From contig CBFFRP010000441.1 in assembly GCA_965644295.1 (NCBI GenBank), positions 1 to 47,949 on the forward strand: DNA of 47,949 nucleotides, given 5' to 3'. Shown in pieces: positions 1 to 10,606 of the stretch. A program made the position numbers and the translations under genes. Under the pieces are notes generated by a model. That model saw only the letters and a list, made by a program, of their open reading frames with translations. It made no database searches and was not told where the DNA came from. This stretch comes from Paraphysomonas bandaiensis. Lineage: Eukaryota; Protista; Chrysophyceae. The stretch's first letter is position 1. Every line of letters starts with the position of its first letter.

Positions 1-256
1 GCATATATGCTCCTGTGGTGTTTATCACTTGTTTTAAGTTAGACCAAAGCTTGGTGCTAGTGATCTTGGGTGCCAGCGGTATACCATTGCGCGGTGACTC
101 TTCGCGGGAGTCACTAACTGAGTTTAGGTCTAAACTTGGAAAAAAGTGTTTTAATAATAATACCGTTATTACTGTGCTTGTTGGTTCAGTGTAGGTGTTG
201 TTGTAGTTTTATTGTTTACGAGCCAACACCCTGGTTATCAAACCGGGTGTTGTTAT
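1..256. mobile_element. Terminus of an unidentified structured element interrupting a 5S gene
   Basis: Abrupt junction inside 5S; subterminal hairpin 224-252; further hairpins at about 42-54 and 94-114; long-range helix 26-45/127-148. The other end lies outside the window. Confidence 0.5.
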
Positions 257-291
257 AGAGCGGGTGCGGTTTGCATTGTATGACCGTCCAT
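257..291 (-). pseudogene. Truncated 5S rRNA gene (5' 35 nt only)
   Basis: Identical to nt 1-35 of the full copies, exactly 306 bp from the next copy; the rest is replaced by unrelated sequence 1-256. Confidence 0.9.
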
Positions 292-464
292 GCTGAGTCT
301 AAATGATTTAGTGTATAGTAATACACTGCTTTGCGTGCAAGGTACATGACAAATGCAATAATATTGGCACATACTGTATATATTCACCAAGAATAACTAA
401 ATATAGGCATATTTCTGTCAAAAACCATAAAATGTGCAGTAATACTTTCAACTTTTCTACATGC

Positions 465-479
465 AAAAAACACAAAAAA
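465..479 (-). terminator. RNA polymerase III terminator (T6-GTG-T6) of 5S
   Basis: TTTTTTGTGTTTTTT directly 3' of 5S on the minus strand; repeated at 771-785. Confidence 0.85.
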
Positions 480-597
480 CGGACAGTACCCGGACTTCGC
501 ACGTGGTCACCCACCGTACTACTAACCGGGCCAGATGCAACTTAACTTCCGCGAGCGGAACGAGAGCGGGTGCGGTTTGCATTGTATGACCGTCCAT
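479..597 (-). rRNA. 5S rRNA
   Basis: 119 nt, ATGGACGGTCATAC...GTTAAG...TTAGTAGTACGGTGGGTGACCACGTGCGAA...CTGTCCGT; 5' and 3' ends pair as helix I; followed by oligo-T. Confidence 0.97.
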
Positions 598-784
598 GCT
601 GAGTCTAAATGATTTAGTGTATAGTAATACACTGCTTTGCGTGCAAGGTACATGACAAATGCAATAATATTGGCACATACTGTATATATTCACCAAGAAT
701 AACTAAATATAGGCATATTTCTGTCAAAAACCATAAAATGTGCAGTAATACTTTCAACTTTTCTACATGCAAAAAACACAAAAA

Positions 785-903
785 ACGGACAGTACCCGGA
801 CTTCGCACGTGGTCACCCACCGTACTACTAACCGGGCCAGATGCAACTTAACTTCCGCGAGCGGAACGAGAGCGGGTGCGGTTTGCATTGTATGACCGTC
901 CAT
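785..903 (-). rRNA. 5S rRNA (outermost copy)
   Basis: Identical to 479-597, offset 306 bp. Confidence 0.97.
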
Positions 904-1283
904 ATCAGTGCCGGTCAAAGTATTCAATAGAAATACAACAATATTACTGTATGTACTGTTACACAGCTGTACACCTATACCAGGATATCGTATAGTCTAA
1001 AAAAGTGTTCTATAAAATCATATTTTTGGTTTGAATTGAGGGAATATTGCCAAGATATTGTGAGACGGTCTAGAAACAGAATATGCCACTATGTATCCCA
1101 TATCTGATATCGTACCTGCATGCGTATACAACAGTAGTATAGTATACCACTCTATACGAGTGCAACAATACCAACAGGATTTAACCAGCATGAGCAGTGC
1201 ATATATATATATATGTAGAGCACCCCACTGAATCTTGTTCCAGTCAGTCCCCATAGGGCCCATACATATATCGCAGCATAACA

Positions 1284-2402
1284 ATGGGACAGTGCTGCAG
1301 TTGCTGCAAGTCAAAGAAAGGAAAGTTCGCAGCATATAAGAAAGACAACACCACTCCTCTATTAAAGAAACTGAAAGATGAGTTGCCTCCTTCTACTCGT
1401 GTTGTGGTCATTAAACTAGAGCATGCGCGTGACTTAGCATCTGCGGAGACATTCAGTGGTATGTCTAATCCATACTTTGAGATGATGCTCAAGCCTGCGG
1501 ATAAATATGCGGGCGAGCAGCAGCAGAGAAGCACAGCTAAGCACAGGACTCTAAACCCCAGGTGACTCTTGTCGTCCTGTGTATATGTCTACTTTTATGA
1601 GTGTTGTTTGTCAGATGGGAACCTGCAGAGAGGTTTCAGTTTGTTGTGTCGGATATGGAGACCTCCCGTATAGTTATATCATGGTGCGATCTCTTGCGTA
1701 CTCTATAGGGTGTAATTATGTTTATGTCGTGTGTAGCTATCACAGGTTTAATGATACGGAAACTAAGGTACTCGGAGATGCTGTTCTTTCTACGAAAGAT
1801 GTGGGCGACCAGCCTAGCATTACAACTCTCAAACTGATCAACCCCGATAATGGCAAATTCCACGGTGACGTAGAGTTGGAAGTGGTACACATGGATGTGA
1901 ACCACGCTAGTTCTGTGGAGGAACACAGGGTGTATGAGTATCAACGATGGCAACCGGTGGTTCACTGGGGAAGTGACTATCCGGGGCATCTGCTGCCGAC
2001 GGATCCAGGGCGGTGGAGCACAGCGGATGGCAAGAAATTCGGTGAGACTTTCAGTGAGGTTGAGCCTCCACTGCCAGCGGGATGGGAAGTCATTGCACCT
2101 TGGGCTACAACTCTTACCACGGTAACTTTTATATGTTTTTGTTCAGTGTCTGCCAATGTGAATCTGTACTAATTTTTGTGACTGTGCGAACAGGGAGACT
2201 TAGGCGGATGGCAGTACTCAGTTGACTTCAAGAGCGTCTCTTGGCATGAAGAGCAGGGATTTGGAAGTGAGCACATAAAACCCACTTGCATATATTGTTT
2301 CACACTAAGTACTCTCTCTTATTGTGTGCAGTGTATGTTCGGCGTAGGCTTTGGACCAGAGAGGTGGCGAATCACTCGTTAGACTCAAAGATTCCGAATT
2401 AG
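1284..2402 (+). CDS. Acylated C2-domain + dysferlin/peroxin (DysF) domain protein, 5 exons
   Basis: Starts MGQCCSCC. C2 motifs (ARDL..SNPYF, TLNPRW..ERFQF). DysF motifs (YEYQRW, LPTDPGRWS, GWQYSVDF, VRRRLWTR). Four GT-AG introns join the frames; stop TAG at 2400-2402. Confidence 0.85.
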
Positions 2403-3014
2403 CAGCTAGATTACCACTATAGAGACGGCAGCGGAATTTTGATAGTTCACAGAGCTCCATCTCATTAAGTGGCATCATTGCCCGTATGCATTGGTTATAC
2501 ATGGAACACAGTATATCGCTGTTGTAGTGGGCCATTGGTTTTGATGCACTTATTATCGTAGGATGTAAAGAATTAAATGTAATTACGGAAATTAGAGATG
2601 CAATTTACAGTAACTTTTTTACTTTTAGATCGCTGTCTGATATGAAAATATAGTGTACATATACGGTATCTACTCAGTCATGTTACATTCCCGTCACGCA
2701 TACCCCTAAACACAAATCGGTAATATAATGAAAAGAATACGAGAAGTAGTTTAGTGGGTATACGCATATACTGTTTTCGATTAATTTGGTAAACAGTGAA
2801 TGTATGATAAAATTAAATATCATGAGGGCATCCTAAAAGGCAATTGAAATATATCGCAGCTTAGACCGTGTAAACTTTGACAGCAGAACTTTGTTGATTA
2901 CAACAATCCAGTAGGTTAGTTGTCTTGCCTACACGACTTTGACTTTCTTGAGAAGGAAAAAAGATAGGGTAAAATTGAACATACAAACAGGAAGGAGGGA
3001 CTAGGTAGCTATTA

Positions 3015-3517
3015 TTGAAAGTCTTTTATTTAGCAATAGGCGTTAAAAACCTGCACCGATTTAGTAGCTAGGTGAATGCTAGACATACTAGTTAGACCTC
3101 TACCTGTAACTATTCAGTACAAACTCTATTATCCTACTATTTAACGCTACGAAAGCTGCTTGTGCGTCGCCGCAAGCACCAAGCAACCACTTCCGTTCTG
3201 AGTTCTTAAGGTGAACATCCCGGATGCTTGACTTCAGCAGGCAGCCCAATACCCCGGTTATCCTTCAGGTGGGCCCTGTCCCGGATGCCCTTGAGGTGGG
3301 CCCATTTCCGGATGCCTGTTTATTCGTCAGGGCCCAAAGACGTCTACACAAGTGACACTTATTGGTGTCCCTTGTACCACACAAGCATTCGTCTATGAGT
3401 GGGCAAAAGAATATTTGCTGACTATGTTTGCGGCTCACGTTAGTTTCCCAGAGAGAATCTCTCCGGTACTTATCCCCCGAACACCACGAAAAGGTGCGAG
3501 TCCGACTTTGTTGAGGG
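3015..3517 (-). mobile_element. Dispersed structured non-coding element, copy A (subfamily 1)
   Basis: Aligns by eye with 4302-4847, 19215-19550, 27001-27190 and 29875-30332. TA on both sides; internal ~27-bp tandem duplication at about 3253-3317. Strand given is the one that folds with G-U pairs. Confidence 0.85.
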
Positions 3518-3795
3518 TAGAGGTAGCTATATAGGATAGTAACGATTTTGTTTAGTCTCTGTTTATGCAGCACAATATATAAACATTTGACATTATTATA
3601 GGATCAAGGAGTAAACTTGAAAGGGTTTATCTTTGGATCTGGTCCATTTGGTGTAATTTCTTAATCACACCAGAAGTAGTATGAAAGCCTTGTTAAGGCT
3701 TTGAAAATCTAGTCATTAAAAATTTATATTTTCAGTTTACACTAGTTAAACAAAATACATCAAATTGTATTTGTAATGCACATTTAGAACTCGAG

Positions 3796-4083
3796 GTGTG
3801 TGCACATGCATGGTACACCAGATTTCAAATTACCACCAAGAAAAAAACTTGGGTCAAACCCTCGCACTCAACAAGCTACACCCATCCACTTTACCCTCTC
3901 CTTAACACTATACAATCCCAGTTTAAACTTTATGTTGACCAACCGCATACACACAAAGCCGTATTCACAGATGACTCGTTTACCCATCATGTGAAACATA
4001 TATATTATTATATGAGCTACAAATCACCCGATATTAGAATCTCACCCATGATGCTGAGCACTTCCCAGATAACATCTCTATGA
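3796..4083 (+). pseudogene. Possible degenerate tyrosine-recombinase fragment
   Basis: LYPLLN..LY..KAVFTDDSFTHHVKHI...IRISPMMLSTSQITSL resembles the region up to box II (is..mLR.s.it) of tyrosine recombinases; the catalytic Arg and the downstream Tyr are not seen. Confidence 0.3.
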
Positions 4084-4301
4084 AGTCCACATTGGCGTTC
4101 TAACATCTTCCCTTAGGCGTTAGACGAGTGACTCGGAGGTGTGCAAACGTAAGGATATGCAAATGTATGAGGAAGCACTACTAGAGTCATTTCTCTTGGC
4201 GTCTTACCTTCAAGTAACAATTCCACAAGGAGGTGGATGTTAGATAGAGTGATTCTATGAAGCAGCTCAGTTGCGTTTCTAATACTGTGTGTAATCTTTT
4301 A

Positions 4302-4847
4302 CCCCAACAAAGTCGGACTCGCACCTTTTCGTGGTGTTTTGGGGATAAGTACCAGAGATATTCTCTCTAGGAAACTAACGTGAGCCGCATAATAATATAT
4401 AGTCAGCAGATATTGTTCTGCCCACTCATAGCCAAATGCTTGCGCGATACAAGGGGCACTAATACAAGTGTCACTTGTGTAGACGGCTTCTTGGGGCCTT
4501 GACGAATAAACAGACATCCGGGAATGGGACCACCATCAGGACAACCGGGGTATTGTTGGGTTGCCTCTGTTAGAGTCAAGCATCAGGGCTGTTCACCTTA
4601 AGGATTCAAGAAACCTGAAGTCAGCAGATGTCAGGTATATCAACATTCTGCTTGCTCACTGCGTTTCTGCGTTTGCGTTGAGTAATGGAGCGAAAGTGGT
4701 TACACCTTGCTGCTTGCGGTGACGCACAAGCAGCTTTCGTATTGTTAAATAGTAGGATATCAGAGTTAAGTGCTACTAGTTAGTTAAATTGTTTTGCTAC
4801 ATTAGTTCCGACTCTTAAACGCCTATTGCTAATAACAATACCTTCAC
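4302..4847 (+). mobile_element. Dispersed structured non-coding element, copy B (subfamily 2)
   Basis: TA|CCCCAACAAAGTCGG...CCTTCAC|TA; carries an extra ~80 bp at about 4605-4685. Confidence 0.85.
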
Positions 4848-4850
4848 TAG

Positions 4851-4915
4851 TATCCCGAAAAATACCACGAAAGGTGCGCGTTCGACTTTGTTGAGGGTAA
4901 TAATAAGACATTCAC
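4851..4915. repeat. Joined end fragments of the same element (inverted left end + second right end)
   Basis: 4851-4897 is the reverse complement of the left ~47 bp; 4898-4915 (TAATAATAAGACATTCAC) is a right end followed by TA. Confidence 0.8.
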
Positions 4916-4927
4916 TACTGTTTTATA

Positions 4928-5287
4928 TTGTTGAAAGAAACTGAGCATGGACGATCAGTGTTCATTAGAGAGCCAGTGTCGGCTGGATCTGTGGTTATGA
5001 GAGAGCTCTCGTGTTTCGCCTGGTCGCTTAGAAGATATCGGCTAAACACATGTGCTGCGTGCATGAGGTACTCTCATGGGGCTGTGTTTCAGTTGTCATG
5101 CAAAGGATGCGGTCAGATGTATTACTGTAATGAGGAATGTGCCGCTCGTCATCAGAAATATCATAATGCAGTGTGTCGCAGCTATGCAATGCTCAACTCT
5201 TTCAGTGATGAGCTAGATGATGAAGCTGAGGCTATAGTGAAGATTCTGTCAGACCTTGACAGTAGATCTACAAAGAAGTATTACTAG
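4928..5287 (+). pseudogene. SET-MYND (SMYD-like) N-terminal fragment
   Basis: GRSVF..EPV.AG.VV (SET N-half) and MYND finger CAAC..CKGC..YYC..EC..HQ..H..VC. No ATG at the start of homology, and no C-terminal SET half (NHSC) seen downstream. Confidence 0.65.
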
Positions 5288-5951
5288 CAATAACGTCGAA
5301 AATCTAAAATGTCTAGTCATTGTCAGTTCTATATTGGGTTTGAACGCCGATACTTATTACTGAATAGTGAGCGTTGTTTAAACGTTTAAGCTACGTAGAT
5401 GTACTCTTCGAATTGAAAATGACTCTCTCTATACTTTTATTGTTATCCTAATATATACTCGCCGATACAACATGACACACTACACACTTAATTACACAAT
5501 ATTCGTTATCCGAGGAGTAACAAGCATCCACAGATCATCAAAGTCACACTGCACACAAATTACACTAAATAAAGAACCACCATATTACGCCGTTATTCTA
5601 CTCAACTCGTTTAGTATTTAGTACAAGTGGTACTGAAACAGTCGTTGCACCATCAACTACAACATCCATTATTTAAGATTTCATTTAAAAGAGATTGAAT
5701 CATACAAAATAATATAGACCCACTTTATGCGGGGAACATGAAATCTATAACTTTCTCTAATATAGAACAGGAGAAGCAAAAAAATAAACTTGATATCGTG
5801 CAGATACAACGAATCTTCCGGCAAAATAATATAACATAAGACAAGCATGATGACGTAAGTCATCTATGCTCGTGATTCACAGTACATATATGTTCACATT
5901 CAAAGTTATACATACGATACATTACACTGTTCCCTAAACATCATTATAATA

Positions 5952-8900
5952 TCATTGAATCCAGAGTAGAGTTCGGATGGCAAGTGAGTTGCAGGTCTTA
6001 AAAATATTTTCAACATCTGCATCCACGAAAGGTCTTGACACAACCGCATCGTAGTCACCAATATTCGAGGGCTTGTTGTTGACAAACGATACCATACATA
6101 CATCCGGGAACGCCTCTTTAATTGCGGCCGCAATGGTTCGACCACCATTAGCCTGCATAAACTTGATATCTACCTCTTTTTCAACCAGAACGACATCCAT
6201 TTCATCGAGAGCGTCGAAGGACAAAATCTGCTGGTGGCAACTCACCTCCCAGCAGTCCCATCCTTGTATTCGAAAGCAGTTCGATATTATGCTCACCTGA
6301 TGGAGTACATACAGTATTAAAAGTGTCTTACATACAGAAATCAATGTACCTGGCCAGACACAGCGATTAATATTTTGCATGTTGGATTCGCCGGGGAGAT
6401 ATTCCTGAAACTCTTCGGTACCTTGCCCACCTTTCCGGAATTACGCTGTATATACTTATCAAGCAGAAGCGCATATCTGCCCCCGGACTGGCGATATCCT
6501 TGATGTATGTTTCTACAAAAAGGAGATGTCGGATGACCTTTAGCATCACTCAGAAACTCCACAGGTAGGGAAAAGGATACCATATTCTGATATACATGAT
6601 GTGCATACTGGCGTCGAGTGAACACTCCACCAAGACTCTCAATAGCACGGCGACAAACGTCCTCCTGAAAATTAGAGTTTGCGTCACCATAATCCGGAAG
6701 TTGCATACCCGAATCGATAGTTTCAAATTTAATATATAGTATATCATCTGAAAAATAGCTGGTTGCCGTCACCACTATCTCGTGCACAAAACTTACAGCT
6801 CTGGGATGATTATTAACAAGGGTTTTGATACAGTTGACAGCCTGTGACATTGAATGTACAAGGACAGTCTGACAAATTTCTTTGTCAAGCTTGACGCGAT
6901 TGGGAATGGACTTACATATACGAATGTACACCTGACGAAAGTCGTCATCGCAATACAGACAAGATATATATCATATGTAAACCTTTATACAGAGAGGTGA
7001 CTCTGTCTCAAACACGCGGCCAAGGTTATGAATTTCATCTTTAATTGCATATTCCAGGTGGCGTCGATTTCGCAACTGCAATTTAATATTGATGCTATCA
7101 AACAAAAGAGTACATATAGGCTAACCTCTTCCCGACAACCGTCGGAATCCAATGACTCTTTAAGCTTGAGGACTGTTTGTATTTCATGAAGTACCAGATT
7201 TCCGAGTCTATCAAACGTATAGTCAACAATATAAGTATCATCAACACTAAGTATCACCTGTACGACGTGAGACACTGCATCAGAGATGGGGTCATCTGCA
7301 CCGACTGTGCGGATATGCACTTTGCGATATACTTCATATATTCTTCATGGTAATCAAGGACAGTATTCAGTGGATTCCGGAGTTCCTTCCATACCAATTC
7401 TGTGCATTTGGATATAAACTTGAGTGAGAAATTGCTCCTCTTTGAATTCTGTAAGTAGTGTGAATACAACTACACTAACATGCAAAATTACAAGACCTGA
7501 AATGCTATTCGCTGCCATTGTTCACATTGAATCATAGCGAATACAGCCGATACCGTAAAGAGAGCTACTACGAGCAGCAAAGCGACGACTGGCCAATTTA
7601 AGTCCAACTTGGGAGCTACCAATATAAGCGATGTAATAGTAATAGCGCAATACATCATAAGTAGAGCTATAGCCATCCGCAACCCAAACCCCAGTGTCCA
7701 CAAAGTATGCGCCATCAACGGGTAGAACAGTACTAGGCAAAGTGCCTGCAAGCTGTGTATAACGGTGGTTAGGATTAGGATACGGTACTATAAAAGTGAT
7801 AGAAATTACCAGGAATATTCTCCACACATGTTATATCGAAAGTTGTGGGAGGACATTTCCTCTCGAAACACTGTAGCCAAGCTGACAACGAGAGTCATGG
7901 CTTGGAAAAAACTCAGTCCGACCACTGAAGAGTCATTAGTACACGATCAAATGCAGATAAGAATGGTTACTACCTATCATGGCAGCGGAATTCCAGTACG
8001 TAGTTAGAGCAATACGGCCTCGTACCCACTCAAAATTAAACGCATATACGCTTAAAATGAGCACAGCGGTCAGCAAGTTCGGGAGTAACCAGTGCGTGGA
8101 TTGGGGATGGATAGAAGCCAGAACAACGAATTCGATCAGTTTTAGAATGCCAAGTACACTGCAGCGAGGTGTTATAACCCCACCCACAGTACTTAACAGC
8201 CGCGACTCGAAAAACTCAGCTGAAACAGAAATCAGCACGGTGCACATTAGCATGTGAAATCATCACACCTTCAACTCGGCGATTTATGAATGGGCTACAC
8301 CAAACAGACTGGTCTGTGTCAAAGTGGTGCCCTAGTTGGCTCTCGTTCTTATCACTGTCTGTAATCCTACTCCTGAAAAAGGCTCCCAGTTCTTGTAGGT
8401 TGTGGGTGCATGCTATATACCACCTCCTCAAAAAGCTCTTCACCATGAGCAAAAAGTACACGATTGGGATATCAGTATGCTTTCGCAGGAATGCTTCAAT
8501 CGGCCTTGTCTTCGGTCGAATGGTCTTGAGCTTACTTTGTATCACCTTATCGTTGCTGAGTGAAGACACGACATCTTTCACCTCACTTAGCTGGCACGGT
8601 ACAGGTAGAACATAGTCACAAGTTTGCCGTGTCGAGCTGCCATCGATGTAAACTGCAGCAGCAGACATCACTATCACCTTGCCCCTATAGCCCTGCACAC
8701 GTAGCCGGGCATAGGTATTGAGGGAGTCAGTTACGATTGCAGCATAATTATGAATAGAATCCCTGTCTGATGGATCGGAGATTCGACAGCACCGCACGTT
8801 GCACATACGGAAAAGACGTAAACCGTAAGCGTAAAATTCATTGTCTTTAATAAGGAACCCCATGTCAAAGCTACCTTTTACATGATCTAGTTGAGTATCA

Positions 8901-10606
8901 TCACTCCTAACGACGGTGGTAGCGAGGTCGTCCCTGAGTACACAGGGAACTTTAAGGTCAATTACACTAACGACTCCCCCAGGGTCACGGTCTTGGCCGA
9001 CTGGCACCTCAAACAACTGCACACTTCCTCCACATGAGCCGAGCATCTGCTTGGCGGTGAGCAGGATTGTGGAGAGGCGTGTCCTACCACCAGTCTTCCT
9101 GTTCTTTGGTGTCCCATAGGATGTACATTCCCACTCCGGCAAGATCGTCTCCACATTCACCTCATATGCGGGTGAAAGTTTCCTCAGGGCAACATTTAGG
9201 GACGACTGAGGAATAGAGTTGTGAGCACCAAACGTTATTCGGATTACCAGGCAATCAGGCGGTCCTTGTGCCCCTTCCTTATGCTTACGTGACATCGAAT
9301 CTACAGATATCTCTACCGCACGGAATTCACTGCATGGTACTTGTCGGCGAAGCTTTCCCTGCATCTCCTTCACTTTCCTTCGAATGATGTTGATGGCGTA
9401 CGTAAGAGAGTTCTCCAGAACAAATGATAGAGCCTTCGAGTCGCACAGGATCATACGTGTCTCCACATGCTGATTCACTTGTATGGTCCCTGTCGGGGAT
9501 GAAGTTGAATCTCCTGCGCACGGTAGTCGATCCAGCACAGAGCTAACCAGTGCTGGGACATCCACAGTGTTTGTACAAGTAAACTGCCAGCAGACACAGT
9601 CTAAGACCAACACATGGATATCAGTAGTTCAACACACCTTAAATCGACCCTCTTCAATCTTGATGAGCATTAGATAATTGTTCGACTGCAAGCTCTGGAA
9701 AGAAAGTTAAGTAGACGGTAAATATATATTCAGAATTACTTGCCACTTGGTTGGTGGCGAGTACGATTTTCTTTGTCCAGGCCTTGGGTATATTGGATAC
9801 GAGTTTGATCGATTCCAGAATCGTGTGAATCGGGGCCAAAACTACGGAGCACAGTAAATGCACCATCTTGTGCTTCTGCTGAGAGGCAGTTTCCATTGCA
9901 CAGTGGTTGCGGTACGCAATTTGAATGGAGTTTGCAGTGAGGTTTGACGACAAAACAATGGTCACTGAGAGAAAAACAAGAAGCAACACACAAATAGCAT
10001 ACAGCGATGCCCCTAGTTCATGCTCGATGGAACTTAGTCTGACAAACTGAATAATGAAATGCAGGAAAGTGAAAATACACGTCCAAGGCAAAGGGAAGTT
10101 GAATGAATTCCAGAATAGTAACTGAGACACCTGCATAGTACAGTTAAAACACCGAATGAATACAATTTTTTTTTGCCTACATCCAATGGTATTTCCAACC
10201 CATATTGCAACAAAGAGTCCTTCGTGTCTGCATTCCACTCAAAACCAACATGTGTCGCAGACCAGGCAGCAGCAAGAATTATGAAGTAGCCACACACAAG
10301 CCATACCTGCCTCGGAGCGGCTCTATCGAATAATATCTTACCTATTCTACTCCGCGATAACCTGACTGCTACCATAGATAGCAAGCACATGGCCGACACA
10401 CATATCCAACTACGAAGCAACACCATTCGAATATGATGGCTCGAATCGAGAATCACTTTTAAGTATTCGATCCACAATAAAAAGAATAGATTAGATGCTA
10501 TCTTGAGTGTGTACCAGCTGCCCATAGTGTCCAGAGAGTACTGGAGAACATCCTCATAGCCAGAGGCGGGGGACAGAACTGCTTTTAGTCTGTTCATTGC
10601 CTCCAT
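5952..10606 (-). CDS. Membrane-bound tandem hybrid histidine-kinase-like protein (TM-HisKA-HATPase-REC twice), catalytically degenerate
   Basis: Spliced through short introns. Module 1: VVLAPIHTIL, LIKIEEGRF, CDSKALSFVLENSLTYA, AKQMLGSCGGSV, DYVLPVP. Module 2: KELRNPLN, IDSGMQL, CRRAIESLGG, FSLPV, DVVLVE, DAVVSRPF. A hydrophobic helix bundle precedes each module. Confidence 0.7.

Larger units (their letters stand above)
257..903. repeat. 5S rDNA tandem array, 306-bp unit, about 2.1 units
   Basis: Units look identical (the spurious ORFs 308-514 and 614-820 are the same); 187-bp spacer. Confidence 0.95.

Noticed and set aside
308-820. Duplicated 68-aa ORFs
   Set aside because: They overlap 5S genes and spacer; identity reflects the rDNA repeat.
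3352-3534. Similar short ORFs in the repeat copies (YEWAE..TPRKGA; also 4299-4517, 29852-30140)
   Set aside because: Frames break between copies, they run through the element end, and they lie opposite the structured strand.
4735-4830. Pistol-ribozyme-like TTAAATAG motif in the repeat family
   Set aside because: P1 and the G-U cleavage junction cannot be built consistently.
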